Shown here: positions 43,327-59,588 of the stretch, piece by piece
Numbering within the stretch: position 1 is the stretch's first letter
Layout of the letters: every line of letters starts with the position of its first letter
From: Scenedesmus sp. PABB004
Taxonomy: Eukaryota
Reading direction: 5' to 3'
Assembly (NCBI GenBank): GCA_014905635.1
Contig: JABVCE010000011.1
Coordinates: 1-64,000 of the forward strand
DNA: 64,000 bases
Position numbers and translations under genes: made by a program
The notes under the pieces: model-generated
Seen by the model: the letters and a program-made list of their open reading frames with translations, nothing else
Databases searched by the model: none
What the model was told of the DNA's origin: nothing

Positions 43327-43579
43327 CGCCGGCCGGGGCGGGGGGACGGGTGAGCCGCAACGCGGCGGCGCGCCCAGGGCGTAGAGTAACGCGGGCCCGC
43401 ACCTCACGGCGGCCGCGGCCGCCCAGCCTCCCAATCCGCGGGGTGCGCCCCACAGCCCGTCCGTCGCACAAAGCTCGCGGTGGAGCACGCCGCCGCCTGG
43501 CAGCCGCCGCGCGCACGCCTGCGCAGACGCCACGCGCACGCGGCTGCTGCTGCCACGCACGCGCCCAGGCGGGGCGGCG

Positions 43580-44001
43580 ATGGCGCAGCTGCAGTGCCGC
43601 GTCCGCATGGGCCTCGCGGGCGGCAATGGCCGGCCGCGCGGCGCCATCGCGGCCGGCGCGCACGCCATGCGCCGCCCGCCGGCCCCGGTGGCGCGCCTGG
43701 CGGGCCCCGCCGGCCGCGGCGCGGCGCCCGCCTGCTGCCCAAACCTCCGGCGAGGCGCCGTGATAGCGGCGGGGGCGAGCAAGCAGTCGCTGTACACGCA
43801 GCTGCCCGAGCGCCTCGACGCGCCCACGCCGGGCTTTGACAGCATCGCCTCCGCGCTGGAGGACCTGGCCGCGGGTGGGCAACCGCGCCCGGCAATCGGC
43901 GCGCCGCCGTCATTGCCGCCGCCGCCGCCGCTGCTCACGGGCCGCCGCTGCTGCTGCCGTGCGCCGCTCCCGCGCGTGCGCAGGCAAATTTGTGGTCGTG
44001 C

Positions 44002-44032
<31 letters not shown>

Positions 44033-45403
44033 CCTCATCATCAATGCCGACCGCGTCACGACCGAGGCGATGGCCTTCATGGTCGAGCACACGAGCGGCG
44101 TGGTGCGCCCGCGACGCGCTCGCGCGGCGGGCGGCGGCGCGCGCGTGGCGGGCGGCGGCGCGCGCTCGCAGGACGGGCGGCAACCAGCAGCGCGCCGCAC
44201 CCGCCGACGCCGACGCCGACGCCGCGCGCGGCGCCGCCGCCGCGCTGCGCGCCGCAGATCTGCATCGCGATGGAGGGCGCCGACCTCGACCGCCTGGCGC
44301 TGCCGCTGATGGTGAACAGCGCGGAGAACGACGAAAGCATGTACACCGCGTTTGCGGTGACCGTCGACCTGCGCGAGGGCACGACCACGGGCATCTCGGC
44401 CGCCGACCGCGCGGCGACGCTGCGCGCGCTGGCCGACCCGGGCGCGACGCCGAACGCGTTCCGGCGGCCGGGGCACATCTTCCCGCTGCGCTACCGCCGC
44501 GGCGGCGTCATCGTGCGCCCGGGGCACACCGAGGCGGCGGTCGACCTCGCGCGCGCGTCGGGCAGCGCGCCCGCGGGCGTGCTGTGCGAGATTGTGGACC
44601 GCCGCGACGGCAGCATGGCGCGCACGCCGACGCTGCAGGCGTTTGCGGCGGCGCACGGCCTGCGCTGCATCACCATCGCCGACCTCATCCGCTACCGCCT
44701 GCGCCACGAGCAGCTGCTCGACGCCGTGGGCGCGGTGCCGCTGGCGACGCGGCACGGCGACTTTGTCGCGCACGTGTTTCGCAGCCGCGTCGACGGCGCG
44801 GAGCACGCCGCGCTCGTCGCGGGCGACGTGGCGCGCGGCGCGGGGCCCGTGCTCGCGCGCGTGCAGATGCAGCAGCACCTCATCGACGTCTTTGGCTCGC
44901 TGCACTGCGGCGCGGGGCCGTTCCTGGACCAGGCCATGGACGCGATCGCGGCGGAGGGCGCCGGCGTGGTGCTCTACGTGCAGGGCCACGCGCCGGACGG
45001 CCCGGGCAAGGGCCTCGCCGCGGAGCTCGCTGCGTTTGCGGCGGCGCAGGACGCGTGCGCCGTGCCGCCGGGCGGCGGCGGTGCGGCCGGCAGCGGCGGC
45101 GGCGCGCTGGCGGGCGCGAACCGCGGCGGCGCGAGCAGCAGCCTCTCGGACGACCTGCGCGACTCGGCCGTCGCCGCGCACATGCTGCGGCACCTCGGCG
45201 TGCCCGCGGTGCGGCTGATGAGCGAGAGCGAGGCCGAGGCGCAGCGCCTGCGCGTGTGCGGCGTCGAGGCGGAGTGCGCGGGCCTGCCCGCCGCCGGCCC
45301 CAGCCGGCAGGCGCTGCAGGCGATGCTGGGCGCCGCGGGCGGCAGCGGCAGCGGCAGCGGCCACGCCAGCGCCGCCGGCAACGGCGTCGCGGTGCCCCAC
45401 TAG
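43580..45403 (+). CDS. RIBA: RibBA-type protein: intact DHBP synthase plus degenerate GTP cyclohydrolase II domain, plastid-targeted
   Basis: Exons 43580-43874, 43984-44102, 44258-45403. [54 protein letters not shown]. The GCHII part lacks the HSEC/RCDC/TNN motifs. Confidence 0.95.
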
Positions 45404-45859
45404 CAGCTGCGTGCGCGCAGGGATTGTGTGTGTACAGTAGCTGGCGGGGGCTTGATGGCGCGGCGGCGGCTGTCGGCGCGCGCAGGATGCAACGGCGATC
45501 GCCGCAGCGGTTCACCCGCGCGCGCGCTGCCCTGCTCTCCCTCCCTCGCTGTCAGGCGCCCCACGGCAGCCCGCGTGCGTGCGTCCCGGGGGCCCAGCCA
45601 GCAGCGAGCAGCCAGCGCCGCGCGACGAGCGCCTCCCGCGCCGAGCGCCGCGCTGCAGCGCCGCTCGCGGCGGCGCCGCGCCGCGCTCAGCGAGCCCCCC
45701 TCGCGCTCTGCTCCCCGCTCGGCGCCAAAGAGCGCAGCAGCTGGGCGCGGCGGTCGTGATGAGCTGACGCCAGCTGCGCGCGCCGCGCGGGCGCGGTCAA
45801 AGCAGCAGCAGCCGCGCCGGCGCCCCGCGGCCAGGCCGGCCCAGCGGCTGGTGCAGGCC

Positions 45860-49519
<3,660 letters not shown>

Positions 49520-49830
49520 ATGAGTGAAGCTCATTTTGTGAACGGAGCACCGCGGGGGAGGGGGCGGCAGGAACGAACGGTCGATCGCTGGGGCTCAGCG
49601 CGCCGAAGAACCGCGCTCGCCGCCACGGCGCGCGCTTACGTCGTGGACAGCCCTCACGGGCACACTGCGAGCATGCGCTGAGCAGCAGCGAGCGCGCCGC
49701 GCGCACGCGGCGGCGCGCAGCAGCGGCGGCGGCAGCGGCCGGCGCGGCGCCGGCGGCGCCGCCGCAGCGGCGCGCGCCCATGCCTTCCAGCACGTAGCGG
49801 CGGTCCCTTTACCGCCCGTCGGGCGCCGCC

Positions 49831-52800
49831 ATGGGCGACAGCGATGTTGAGAGCGACTTCTCGCTCGGCGAGGCGGAGGTCGCGGAGATGCAGGCCCTGC
49901 GCGCCGCCCTGGGCAGCCGATACGTGCGTGGGCACGGGCCAGGGGTGCCGCATGCCTGGGCAGCGCCACGCCCGGGCAGGCTCAGGCGGCGCGGCGCGGC
50001 GGCGCGCCGACGCCGTCGCTGCTGCGCCGCCGCTGCCAGCCATCGGCCGCGCGAGGGCGGGGCGCGCGCGTGCCGCGGGCAGGGAGGCGTGGGAAGAACG
50101 CGGAGCCGCGATGCCGCCGCGCCCGCGACGCGTCGCGCGGCCGCCGGGGGCGCCGCTGCTCTGCCGCGCTCGCCGCGGCCGCGCGCCCTCACGCGCCCGC
50201 CCGGCCGCTCCGTCGCGCAGACGCAGCTGAGCCAGCATGGCGACGGCGCCGCCGCGGCGGCGCCCGCCCGCCGCGCCGTCCCGCCCGCGCGGCGGCGCGT
50301 CGGCGCGGCGCGGCGGGCGGCGAGCGGCACGTCCGGCAGCGACTCCGAGTGGGAGGCGGGCAGCAGCGACCTCACCGGCGGTGGGAGCTCGGACGACGAC
50401 GACGACGCCGGCGGCTGGGGCCCGCACGGCCCCGGCGCCGCGGACCTGGGCGCGGGCGGCTCGCTGCGCGGCCTGCTGGGGCCGGGGCCCGCGGGCGGCG
50501 CCGCGCGCGCGCGCGGCCCTGGCGCCGGCCGCGGCGGGGGCGGCGGCGACGACCCGGACGCCCTTGCTGCTGTCGGGGACCTGCTGGGCATGGAGGAGCT
50601 GCTGCTGGGCATGGCGGACGAGGCGGAGCAGCAGGGCGGACCGCAGCGCCCCGGCGGCGGGCGCGGGCGCGGGCGCGGGCGCGGCAGCAGCAGCGGCAGC
50701 AGCAGCGGCGGCGGTCGCGGCCGCGGGCGCGGCGGGCCAGGGCGCTGGCGCGCGGTGGCGGCGACTCGGACCCCGGCGACGCGAGCGGCGGCAGCGCCAT
50801 CACGTCTGGCTCGGAGGACGACGAGCCGGACGGCGGGCAGCTCGCAGACCTCGATGAGGTGCTGCGGGCGATGCAGCAGCGCCGCGCTGCGCTGGGCCGG
50901 CTGCACGTCGGCTCGGTGCTGCCCGCGGACGAGCCGGGCGCCGACGGCGCGTGCGCGCCCGCGCTGCTGCCGCCGCCGCCGCTCGGCCCCGACGGCCGGC
51001 CGCTCACGGCGGTGGCGGCGGCGCGCCTGGCGACGCTGCAGGTGCCCGACTCGCAGCCGGCGCGGCAGCGGCGGTTCCAGCCGCAGCCACAGCAGCAGCG
51101 CCGCCGGGGGGCCGGTGCCGCGCCCGGCGCGGCGGGCCCCGGCAGCGCAGCGGCCGGGCCCGAGCCCGACCACCTGGGCTCCCTGCTGGACCAGGCCCTG
51201 TTTGGGGGCGGCGAAGCAGAGGCGGAGCCGCACGCGCCGGCGGCGGGCGGCCCCGCCGGCGGTGCCGCGCCGCTGCCGCTGTCGCCGCGGAGCGGCAGGG
51301 CCCGCGGCAGGGCGCGCGGCCGGGGCCGCGGCCGTGGCAGCAAGGGCGCCAGCCCCGCGGCGGACGGTGGCGCAGGGGAGGGCGACGCACAGTCGCTGCA
51401 GCAGCAGCAGCAGCAGCAGGCGCGGCAGCAGCCCCCACCTGCGAGCGCCGCCGCAGCAGCCGCCGCCCAAGTCCCCGCGCCGTCGGGCGCCGGCGCGGTG
51501 CCGGTCGGCGAGACGCACTGGCAGGAGCGCCTGCGGGTGATGCACAGCGCGCTGGACGCCAACCGCGCGCTGCAGGAGCGCCTGCGCGAGTTGCTGGGCG
51601 GCGTGGACCAGGCGCTGGCGGGCAACTGGAGCCAGCAGCTGCGCATCAAGGGCGCCGAGGCGCGGCGCCGCATGGGCCCGGCCAAGGCCCGCGCGCTGGA
51701 CGAGGTCGCCGCCGCTGCCGCCGCCGCGCCGGCCGGGGGCGCCGCGGCGCCCGCCGGCAGCGCCGGCGGGCAGCGCAAGCGCGTGCGCTGGCAGGGCGCC
51801 GGCGGCACAGGCGGCAGCAGCAGCGACGACGGCTGGGGCTCGGGCGATGACGCGCGTGGCCGCGGCGGAAGCCACGACAGCGACACTGACGGCAGCAGCG
51901 GCGGCGGCGGCGGCGACGACGACGACGACGGCGACGGCGACGCGCGGCGGCCGCGCCGGCGCCTTGGCAGCTCGCAGGGCCCGCTCGCGGCGCAGCACCC
52001 CGGCGCGCCCGGCACCCTCGCGGCGGGCGCCGGCGCGCCGCTGGCGCTGGGCCCCAACGCCCCGCTGCTGCGCTCGCGCTTCTGGAGCACGCCCGACGAC
52101 GGCGGCCGCCGCTGCGCGCCGCTGCCGCCGGGTGGCCGGGCGCTGCTGGCCGCCGGCGGCCCGCTCGTGGGGCGCCTGTGGGGCTGGAAGCTCGGCCGCT
52201 GGACGCCCAGCGAGGAGGCGGCGCTGCGCAAGGGGGTGCGCCTGGCCGCCATCAAGACCGCGTACGAGCAGGAGCTCCAGGTGGGCGGCGGCAGCGGCGG
52301 CACGGCCGCCGGCGCTGCACGCACAGCGCCGCAGCCGCGCAACGCGCGCGCCGCCGCCGCTCGCCGCGCGCCGCCCGCCCGCAGGCGCTCGAGCGGCGGG
52401 AGCCGGGGCCCTCGCTGCTGCAGGAGCTGCAGGCCCGCGGCGCTGAGCTCAAGGTGCGGCCGCTGCGTTGCCGGCGCACACGGCGCGGCCGGCGACGGCA
52501 CGTCTGCCCGCCGCCAAGCGTGCCCCAACCCGCCGCCGCGGTGCCCCCGCCGGTGCGCAGGCCGCGTCGCTGGACGACCCGCGGCTGCGCGGCGCGGTGG
52601 AGCGCTTTGGCCGGCGCGAGTGGGAGCAGGTAGCCGCGGACATCAACATCGGCCGCGGCGGCGGCGAGCTGCAGCGCCACTGGCAGTGCTACCTGAGCGA
52701 GGCCGCGCTGCGGCAGTGGGGCCCCGACGAGCTGCTGCGCCTGAAGTGAGTCGGCGCCGCTGCGCGGGCGGCGGCCGGCGGGGCGCGCGCTGCCGGCGCG

Positions 52801-55800
52801 GCGCGGCGGCGCTGCGCGGCGCGCCGCCCTGACGCGGCCGCCGCCCCGCCGCGCCGCAGCGAGCTGGTGCAGGAGCACGGCACCGGGCAGTGGTCGCTGG
52901 TGGCGCAGGAGCTGGGCACGGGGCGGCCGGCCGGCGTCGTGGTCAAGGCCTGGGTGCGGCACTGCCGGCCGGCACAGGGGCAGAAGAGCCGCGCGGGGCA
53001 GTCGCTGACGGGGCAGCTGCTGCTGCGCCTGGAGGGCCAGCAGGGCTCGGGGGCGGGCTGGCCGCGGCGGTCGAGGTGAGCGGCGAGGCGTCGGAGCCGG
53101 TCAGCGCGGCCGGCGGCGTCGCGTTTGGCGGCGCCGAGCAGCGCCGCCTGCTGCAGCTCGTCGCGCAGCACGGCAAGTGCTGGCGCCTGATCGGCCAGCA
53201 GCTGGGCTGCACCCAGCAGCAGGTGGGGCCCGGCGCGGCGTGCCGGGGGCTGTTGCCCGCAAGACCGCCGGCGCTGGGCGGCCGTCGCCTGCCCGCCCCC
53301 TTCGCCGCTGTGCGCCGCCGCGCCCACCCCGCCTGCTCACGCGTCGCCCCTCTCAGGCCAAGGACCACTACCGCCACCTCGTCTCCGCCGCCGGCCGCGC
53401 GGCGGGGCGCTGGCGCCCGGAGGAGGACCTCGCGCTGCTGCGCGCGGTGCGCACGCACGGCGCCGACTGGGCGGCGCTCGAGCGGCTCGGCCTCCTGAAG
53501 GGGCGCAGCGCGCGGCAGATGCGCGACCGCTTCCGGTCCGTGGTCAGCCCGCACCTGGACAACGGCCCGCTCAGCATGCAGGTGCGCGCGGCGTGACGCG
53601 CCATGCGGCGCGGCGGCGCGGCGGTGGCGGTGCGCGGTGGCCGCGCATTCTCGCGCCCACACGCCGCCCCCGCGCGCACAGGAGCTGGAGCTGCTGGTGG
53701 CGCAGGTGGAGCGCCACCAGGCAGCGTTCGGTGGCGTCAAGTGGGACGCGCTCGCGGCGGCGCACTTCCCGAACCGCAGCGCCTCGCGCCTGCGCTGGGT
53801 GTGGCAGAGCATTCGATACCACAGCGTGCGTTGTGGACCCGCGCGGCGGCACTCGCGCCGGGGGCGCGCGGGGTTCCACAGCAGCACGCCGCGCGGCCGC
53901 CGCCGCCGACCCGCCGCCGCCCCGCCGTCGCCGCGCCTCGCAGGGCGACCTGGTCGCAGTGCAGGCCGCCGAGGCGAACCGCGAGCTGCGGAGCATGCTG
54001 GCGGGCGCGCTGCCGGCGGCCACGCCGGCAGCGACGGCGGTGGCGCCGGCGGCGTCGGTCGCGACGGCGTCTGGCAGCGCGCTGCAGTCGGGCGGCGCGC
54101 AGGGCGAGCAGCAGCAGACGCCGCTGCTGCCGACCCTGTCAGGCTACGGCCAGGCGCGCCTGCGCGCCGCCAGCCGCAAGAGCCTCACCGCCTCGCTCCC
54201 GGGCAGCCTCGGCGCGCCGGCGCCGCCGCCCGCGGCCGGCGGTGCCGCGGCTGCAGCGGCGGCGGCGGAGCGCAGCGTGCTGCGCGCCCTCATGCACCGC
54301 ACGGGCGAGGGCGCGGCGCCGCAGCGGAGCGTGGTGTGGCAGGTCGAGGATGTGGTGCTGCTCTCGCCCACGGGCTACGTGGCCGCGCCGCCGCCCGGGG
54401 TGCGGCGCGGCGCGGCGCGCGGCGCACGGCCCGCGCCGCTCCCGCCCGCGGCCGCGCCGCTCGGCAGCGCCGCCGACGCGCCCTGCCGGCGTCCTGCCTG
54501 CGCGCCCCGCCCGCGCCGCAGGGCGTGCACCGCATGTCGTGGCACGCGTATGCCAGCAGCCCCGACACCGCCGCGCCCGCCGCCAACCTGCTGGTGGGCC
54601 TGCCGGAGCGGCTGCCGATGCCGACGCCCCAGCAGCACGCCGCCTTCCTGGCCTGGCTCGCAGAGCGCTACGCGGAGCAGCGCGCCTGGCACGCGCGCCT
54701 GGCCGGCCAGCAGGCGGGCGCCGCCCCGCGGCGTGGCCGCCCGCCCGCGCAGCGGCCGGGCGGCGGCGGCGCGGCGCCCGGCCCGTTCGCGCCGCTCGCG
54801 GCGGCGGCCTCGGCGGAGCTGCCGCCGCTGCCGCGCGTCAAGTACCACGACGCCGCCGGCAACAGGCAGCCGCGCGCGCGCCGGCCCTCGCAGCCCGGCG
54901 GCGGCTCCGGCGCCGACGCCGACGACGAGCAGCGCCTGGCGCGGCGCGAGGCGGCGGCGCGCGAGGCGCAGCGCACGATGCAGCAGCTCGGGCTGGCGGC
55001 GCCGGCGGCGCCTGTGCCGCCGGCCGGCGCTGCGCTGGTGCCGCGGCCGGAGCAGGCGGGCAGCGTGATCCAGTTTGTGATGGCGCAGCAGGCGGCGGGC
55101 CAGCAGCTGCTGGCGCGGCTCGAGGCGGCGGCCGCGGGCGGGCCGCCGTCGCCGCAGCTGCTGGCGCAGCAGGTGGCCATGCGCGGGCAGCTGGTGGCGC
55201 AGCAGGCGGCGCTGATACGGTTCCTGCAGCACCTGCAGGCGCAGCCCGCCGCAGCGGCGGCCGCGGCGTCGGCCGCGTCTGCCGCGACGGCGGCGCTGGC
55301 GGCGCCGCAGGCGCAGCAGCCGCAGCCACAGCCGCCGGCGATCGAGCAGCAGCTGCAGGCCTTTGCCCAGCCCAACCAAGCGCAGCAGCTGGCGGCGCTG
55401 CAGGTGCTGTGGGGGCAGCAGCAGGCACACGCAGCGACAGCGGCGGCGGCGGCGCCGCCGCTGGCGGCACAGCCGGCGGGCAGCGGGAGCGCCGCGTGCT
55501 CGCGCGCGCACACGCCCACGCCGCAGCAGCCGCTGGCCTCGCCCCGGCTCAGCAGCAGCGGCGCCGTGCAGCGGCAGGGCAGCACTGCCGGCGCCGCCGC
55601 TGGCGTCCGCGCCGCGGCCGCCGTGGAGGGCGGGCCAGCCGCGGCCGCCGCCGCAGCGGCGGCAGCGGGCAGCGAGGCGGCCGGCGCGGGGTCGCAGCAG
55701 GCAGGCCAGGAGTCGCAGGCGCCCGCGGCCGCCCCGCCGCCGCAGCGCCCAGCAGGCGCCGCGCGCGCGGCAACCCAGCAGCGCGCCCGGGCGCCCACGC

Positions 55801-57719
55801 TGGCCGACGTCTTTGGCGCGCCCGGGGAGCGCCTGCGGCTCGCGCCGCAGCCGCCGACGCCGCAGAGCCGGCGGCCTGCGACCGGGAGTGATGGCGGGAG
55901 TGATGAGCAGCCGCAGCAGCCGCAGCAGCCGCAGCAGCCGCAGCAGCCGCAGCAGCCGCAGCCGGCGCCGGCAACGCAGGTGCCGGAGCCACCGCTGGCG
56001 GACGGCGCCGACGGCAGCGAGCTGGCGGCCGTGGCGCCGCCGATGGTGCTCCGCTTTCCCCTGCCGCCGCTGCTGGGGCAGGACAGCGCGCGCGACGCGG
56101 CGATGCGCGTGTTCGCCGACTGGCTGGCGGTGGAGCTGCCGCTCGCGGCGGCGCGGCAGCGCGCGGTGGAGCAGCAGCTGCAGTCGGCGGCGCCGACGGC
56201 GGCGAGCCAGGGCGGTGCGCCGGGGCAGCCCGGCAGCGGCGGCGCAGCGCCCGAGGCGGGCGGTGGCCGCCGCCGGGCGCGCAGCGTCAGCAGCACTGCT
56301 GGTGTTGGTGGTGGCGGCGGCGGCGGCGGCGGCGACGCGGCCGACCCCAGCAGCGACTGGGAGCGCGCGAGCAGCGGCGACGAGGCCGCGCCGCCGGGGC
56401 GGCGCTCGGCGTCCGAGGCCGGCGCCGCGGCCAGCGGCGCCGCGGCCGGCAGCGCCGCGGCGGCGCGCGGCGACCGCGGCGCGCCCCAGCCAAAGCCGAA
56501 GCTCACGGCCGAGCAGAAGCGCGTCGCAAACCTGCCGCTCGTGCTGCTGGCCGCGCGCGGCGGCGCCATCCTGCTGAGCGGTGTGGCGACGTTTGTTCAG
56601 CTCTTCCCCACGCCGCAGCACTGCGGCCTGTTCCTGCAGTGGGCGGAGATGGCGGGCGAGCGGGTCGCGCACGCGCCGTTCAAGCTCTCCGAGCTCAAGG
56701 GCGACGCGGTGCGGCTCAAGAGCCTGCGCTGGCTGCACCGCCCGCCGCGCCCGCGCGGGGGGCGCGGCGCCACGTCGCGCGCGCCGGCCGGCGGCGGCGG
56801 CGGCGGCGGCCAGCCGCGGGCGGCACGCGCCGCGGCCGCGGCCGCGGCCGAGCCTGGCACGGCTGAGGCCGCGCTCTCTACAGAGGGTGCGGCGGCCGCG
56901 GCGGCCGCGGCGGCTGCGGCCGCTGGCGGCGAGGAGGCGGCCCCCGCAGATGCGGGCGCGGCCGCCACGGCCGCCGCAATTGCCGGCGGCGCCGTCCGCG
57001 GCAGGTCGGCGCCGGGGCGCGCCAGGGGCGGCCACGCTCCGGCAGCCACGGGCGAGTCGCCGCCGACAGTGGCCCCCGCGGCGGCGGCGGCAGCGCCGGC
57101 GCCAGCGCCACAGCGCGCCGCTGCGAAGCGCAAGCGCGGCGGCTTGAGCGACCAGCCAGAGCAGCCAGGCGGGGCGCCCGGGCTGGCGGCGGCAGCGGGG
57201 CCAGCGGCGGCAGAGGCTGCTGGCGAGCCGCCGGCAACAGCCGCGGCCGACGGAGCTGCGGCTGCTGCGGCTGCCGCGGACGTGCGCGCTGGCAGCGCCA
57301 AGCGCGGCAGGCCTGCGCCTGGCCGAGGTGGCGGTGCCGAGGCGCAGGCGGCCGCCGGGCGCAGCCCGCGCTCCCCGGCGCCGGGTGGCGCAAAGGGACG
57401 CCGGCAGGCGGCACAGCTGCAGGAGCAGCAGGGCGCGCCTGGGGCTGCCGCGCCGGGGGCGGTCGATGCACGCGAGGCTGCGGCGCCGTCGCCGCAGCGC
57501 GCCGCCGCCAAGCGCAAGCAGGGCGAGCAGGGCGGCGACGCCACCCTGGCGGACGGCGGGCCGGCCAAGCGTGCGCGCGGCGCGAAGGCGCCCGCTGCTG
57601 GCGCTGCGCCCGCCGCGCCGGCACAGCCGCTGGCGGCGCAACAGCAGGGGGAGCAGGAAGAGCAGGCAGGCCGCCGTGGCGCGCGGGCGCGGCGCGCCAA
57701 CGTGCGGCTGCACGACTGA
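49831..57719 (+). CDS. SNAPC4: Large multi-Myb-repeat protein, SNAPC4/MYB4R1-like
   Basis: Exons 49831-49923, 50221-52280 (frameshift ~50735), 52385-52453, 52561-52745, 52860-53222 (frameshift ~53051), 53357-53581, 53682-53825, 53944-54399, 54522-57719. Coiled coil ALDANRALQERL before the repeats; Myb repeats RWTPSEEAAL, QWGPDELLRL..WSLVAQELGTGR, GKCWRLIG, RWRPEEDLALL..RSARQMRDRF, KWDALAAAHFPNRS; long disordered tail with NLS-like KRKR. Confidence 0.75.
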
Positions 57720-57885
57720 TGCGCGCGCGGGCCGAGAGGCGAGAGGCGGGCGGGACAGGGGAGGGGCCGGCGGCGGGCCCGCCGCTCCCGGGAGCGGTCG
57801 TCGACAACTCGCGTTGCAACAGTTGCTGCGCCGCGCCACGCGTACGCCCGCCCCGCGCACGCACGCCTGCCCGCGCGGCGCCGTC

Positions 57886-59137
57886 TCAGCGCTCGAGCGC
57901 CGCGACCGCCTCGTTGATGATCTTGGTGACTTCGGTGGCAAACTCGCGCAGCACGGGGTTTTTGTCTGCGGCGGCGCCGCGGGGCGGCGCGCGTCCACGC
58001 CGGCAGGGGTCGGCGCCCGGATGGCGGCGGCGGCGGCGCGGCGCGGCGGGCGCGTGCGCGCACCCGGGTGCCAGCGCAGCTGCAGCTGGCGGATGCGCTT
58101 GCGCCGCTCCGCCTCGGGCTCCGCCGCGGCCGCCGCGACGGCGGCCTGGATGGCGCTGCGCACGGTCACGAGGCTGAACACGCCGCCCTGGTCCTTGGCC
58201 TCGCGCCCGTCCGGCCCGCCGCCGACGCGCTGCTTTGCCGCCTGGCGCAGCTCCAGCTCTGTCACGCGCGCCCGCAGCTGGCGAACGTAGAGGGCCGAGT
58301 CGGCGAGCGTGGCCTGCGGCGCGGCGGGCGCGCGCCGCGGGCATCGTTGGCACTCCGCCGGCGCACACAGCTGCCGCGCCGCCCCGCCGCCCCACCTGCA
58401 TCGCGTCCATGTCGGCGTAGGCGTTGGCCAGCTCCAGCAGCGCGTCGTCCCTGCGGGCGCGCGGCACAGCAGCCAGCGCCGGCCGCCGTCGGGCGCCGCG
58501 CCCCGCCGCCGCCGCCCGGCGCCGCCGCGCGGCCCGCCCGGCGCCCCGCACCGCTGCAGCAGCGCGTCGTCGCGCACGCCGCGCAGGCGCTCCGCGCGCA
58601 GCCGCTCCTCGGCGAGGTCGGCGAGCAGCTGCTCGCTGCCGAGCGCTGCCTGCAGCTTGGCCGCCTCGAGCTGCGCCGACAGGCGCGACGCCTGCAGCGG
58701 CAGCCGCGGCCGGGGGCGTGCGCAGTGGGTCGTCGGCGCTGCGCCTGCTGGAGGGGCGGCGGGGGGGGGGGGGGCGAGGGCGCCGCCGCACCTCGCGCCG
58801 CTGCGCCTGCGCCTCCGCCCGGCTCGCCGCCAGCTGCGCGCCGCGCTCGACCAGCGCCGCCTCGGCCTCGGCCAGCCTGCGCGCGCGGGGGCGGCCGGCT
58901 GCGTGGCGCGGCGCGCGGGGGGGGGGGGGGGCTCGCGCGGGCAGGGCCGCGCGGCGGATTGCGGCCCGCGCACCGCGCCCGCTGCCGCGCCGCGTCCGCG
59001 TCCGCGTCGGCCAGGCGCGCCGCCAGGCCCTCCGCGCGGCCCTCGATGCTCTCCAGCGCCGCCGCGAGCAGGCTGAAGTGCGCGCCCGCCGACTCGGCGA
59101 GCGCCGCCGAGAGCGCGCAGCTCTGCGGCGCGGCCAT
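57886..59137 (-). CDS. Coiled-coil protein with C-terminal truncated J-domain (HPD)
   Basis: Exons 59137-58974, 58876-58792, 58691-58552, 58450-58396, 58313-58064, 57965-57886. ERRKRIRQLQLRWHP|DKNPVLREFATEVTKIINEA. Confidence 0.82.
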
Positions 59138-59588
59138 CGCCGCCGCTGCTCGCGCCGCGCCGCTCTGACAGCCGCAGCCCGGGTGCGGGTGGAGGCGCGG
59201 GTGCTGGTTATTCCTGCGGCCCGGCGGCGCTGCTGGGGCTGCTGGGGCGGCGGTGCGGCGATTGGCGGCGCGGCGCGTCGACGGGCACGGCGGCGGCTCC
59301 CGCGGCGCTGCGGCTGCGGCTGCGGCTGCGGCGCCAGGGCTAGCACTTGCGGCGTGGGTGCGGGGGCGGCCTGCGGCCGCGTAGCCAGCGTTCGAGTTGC
59401 TGCTGAGGCTTGAGACCTTTTCTCCCTCTGCTGCACGGCCAGCGGCCACGCGCACGCTGCCGGGCTTGTGTTTTCCCGCAAGCTGCAGCTCACACACACC
59501 GCGCCAGACGCCCACCACCAGGCCGCGCGCGCCAGCCCAGCCAGGCGCCAGCTGCTGCCGCCGTCCTCGACTCGCTTCCCCAGACGCG

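Noticed and set aside
49831..57719. Functional link between the SNAPC4-like gene and the unusual splice donors
   Set aside because: Co-occurrence in one window is not evidence, and SNAPc is a general snRNA transcription factor.
54375..58973. 1532-aa minus-strand ORF and many other long R/A/G/P-rich ORFs in the track
   Set aside because: Stop codons are rare at ~80% GC. These ORFs are antisense or off-frame shadows of spliced genes and contain no domain motifs.
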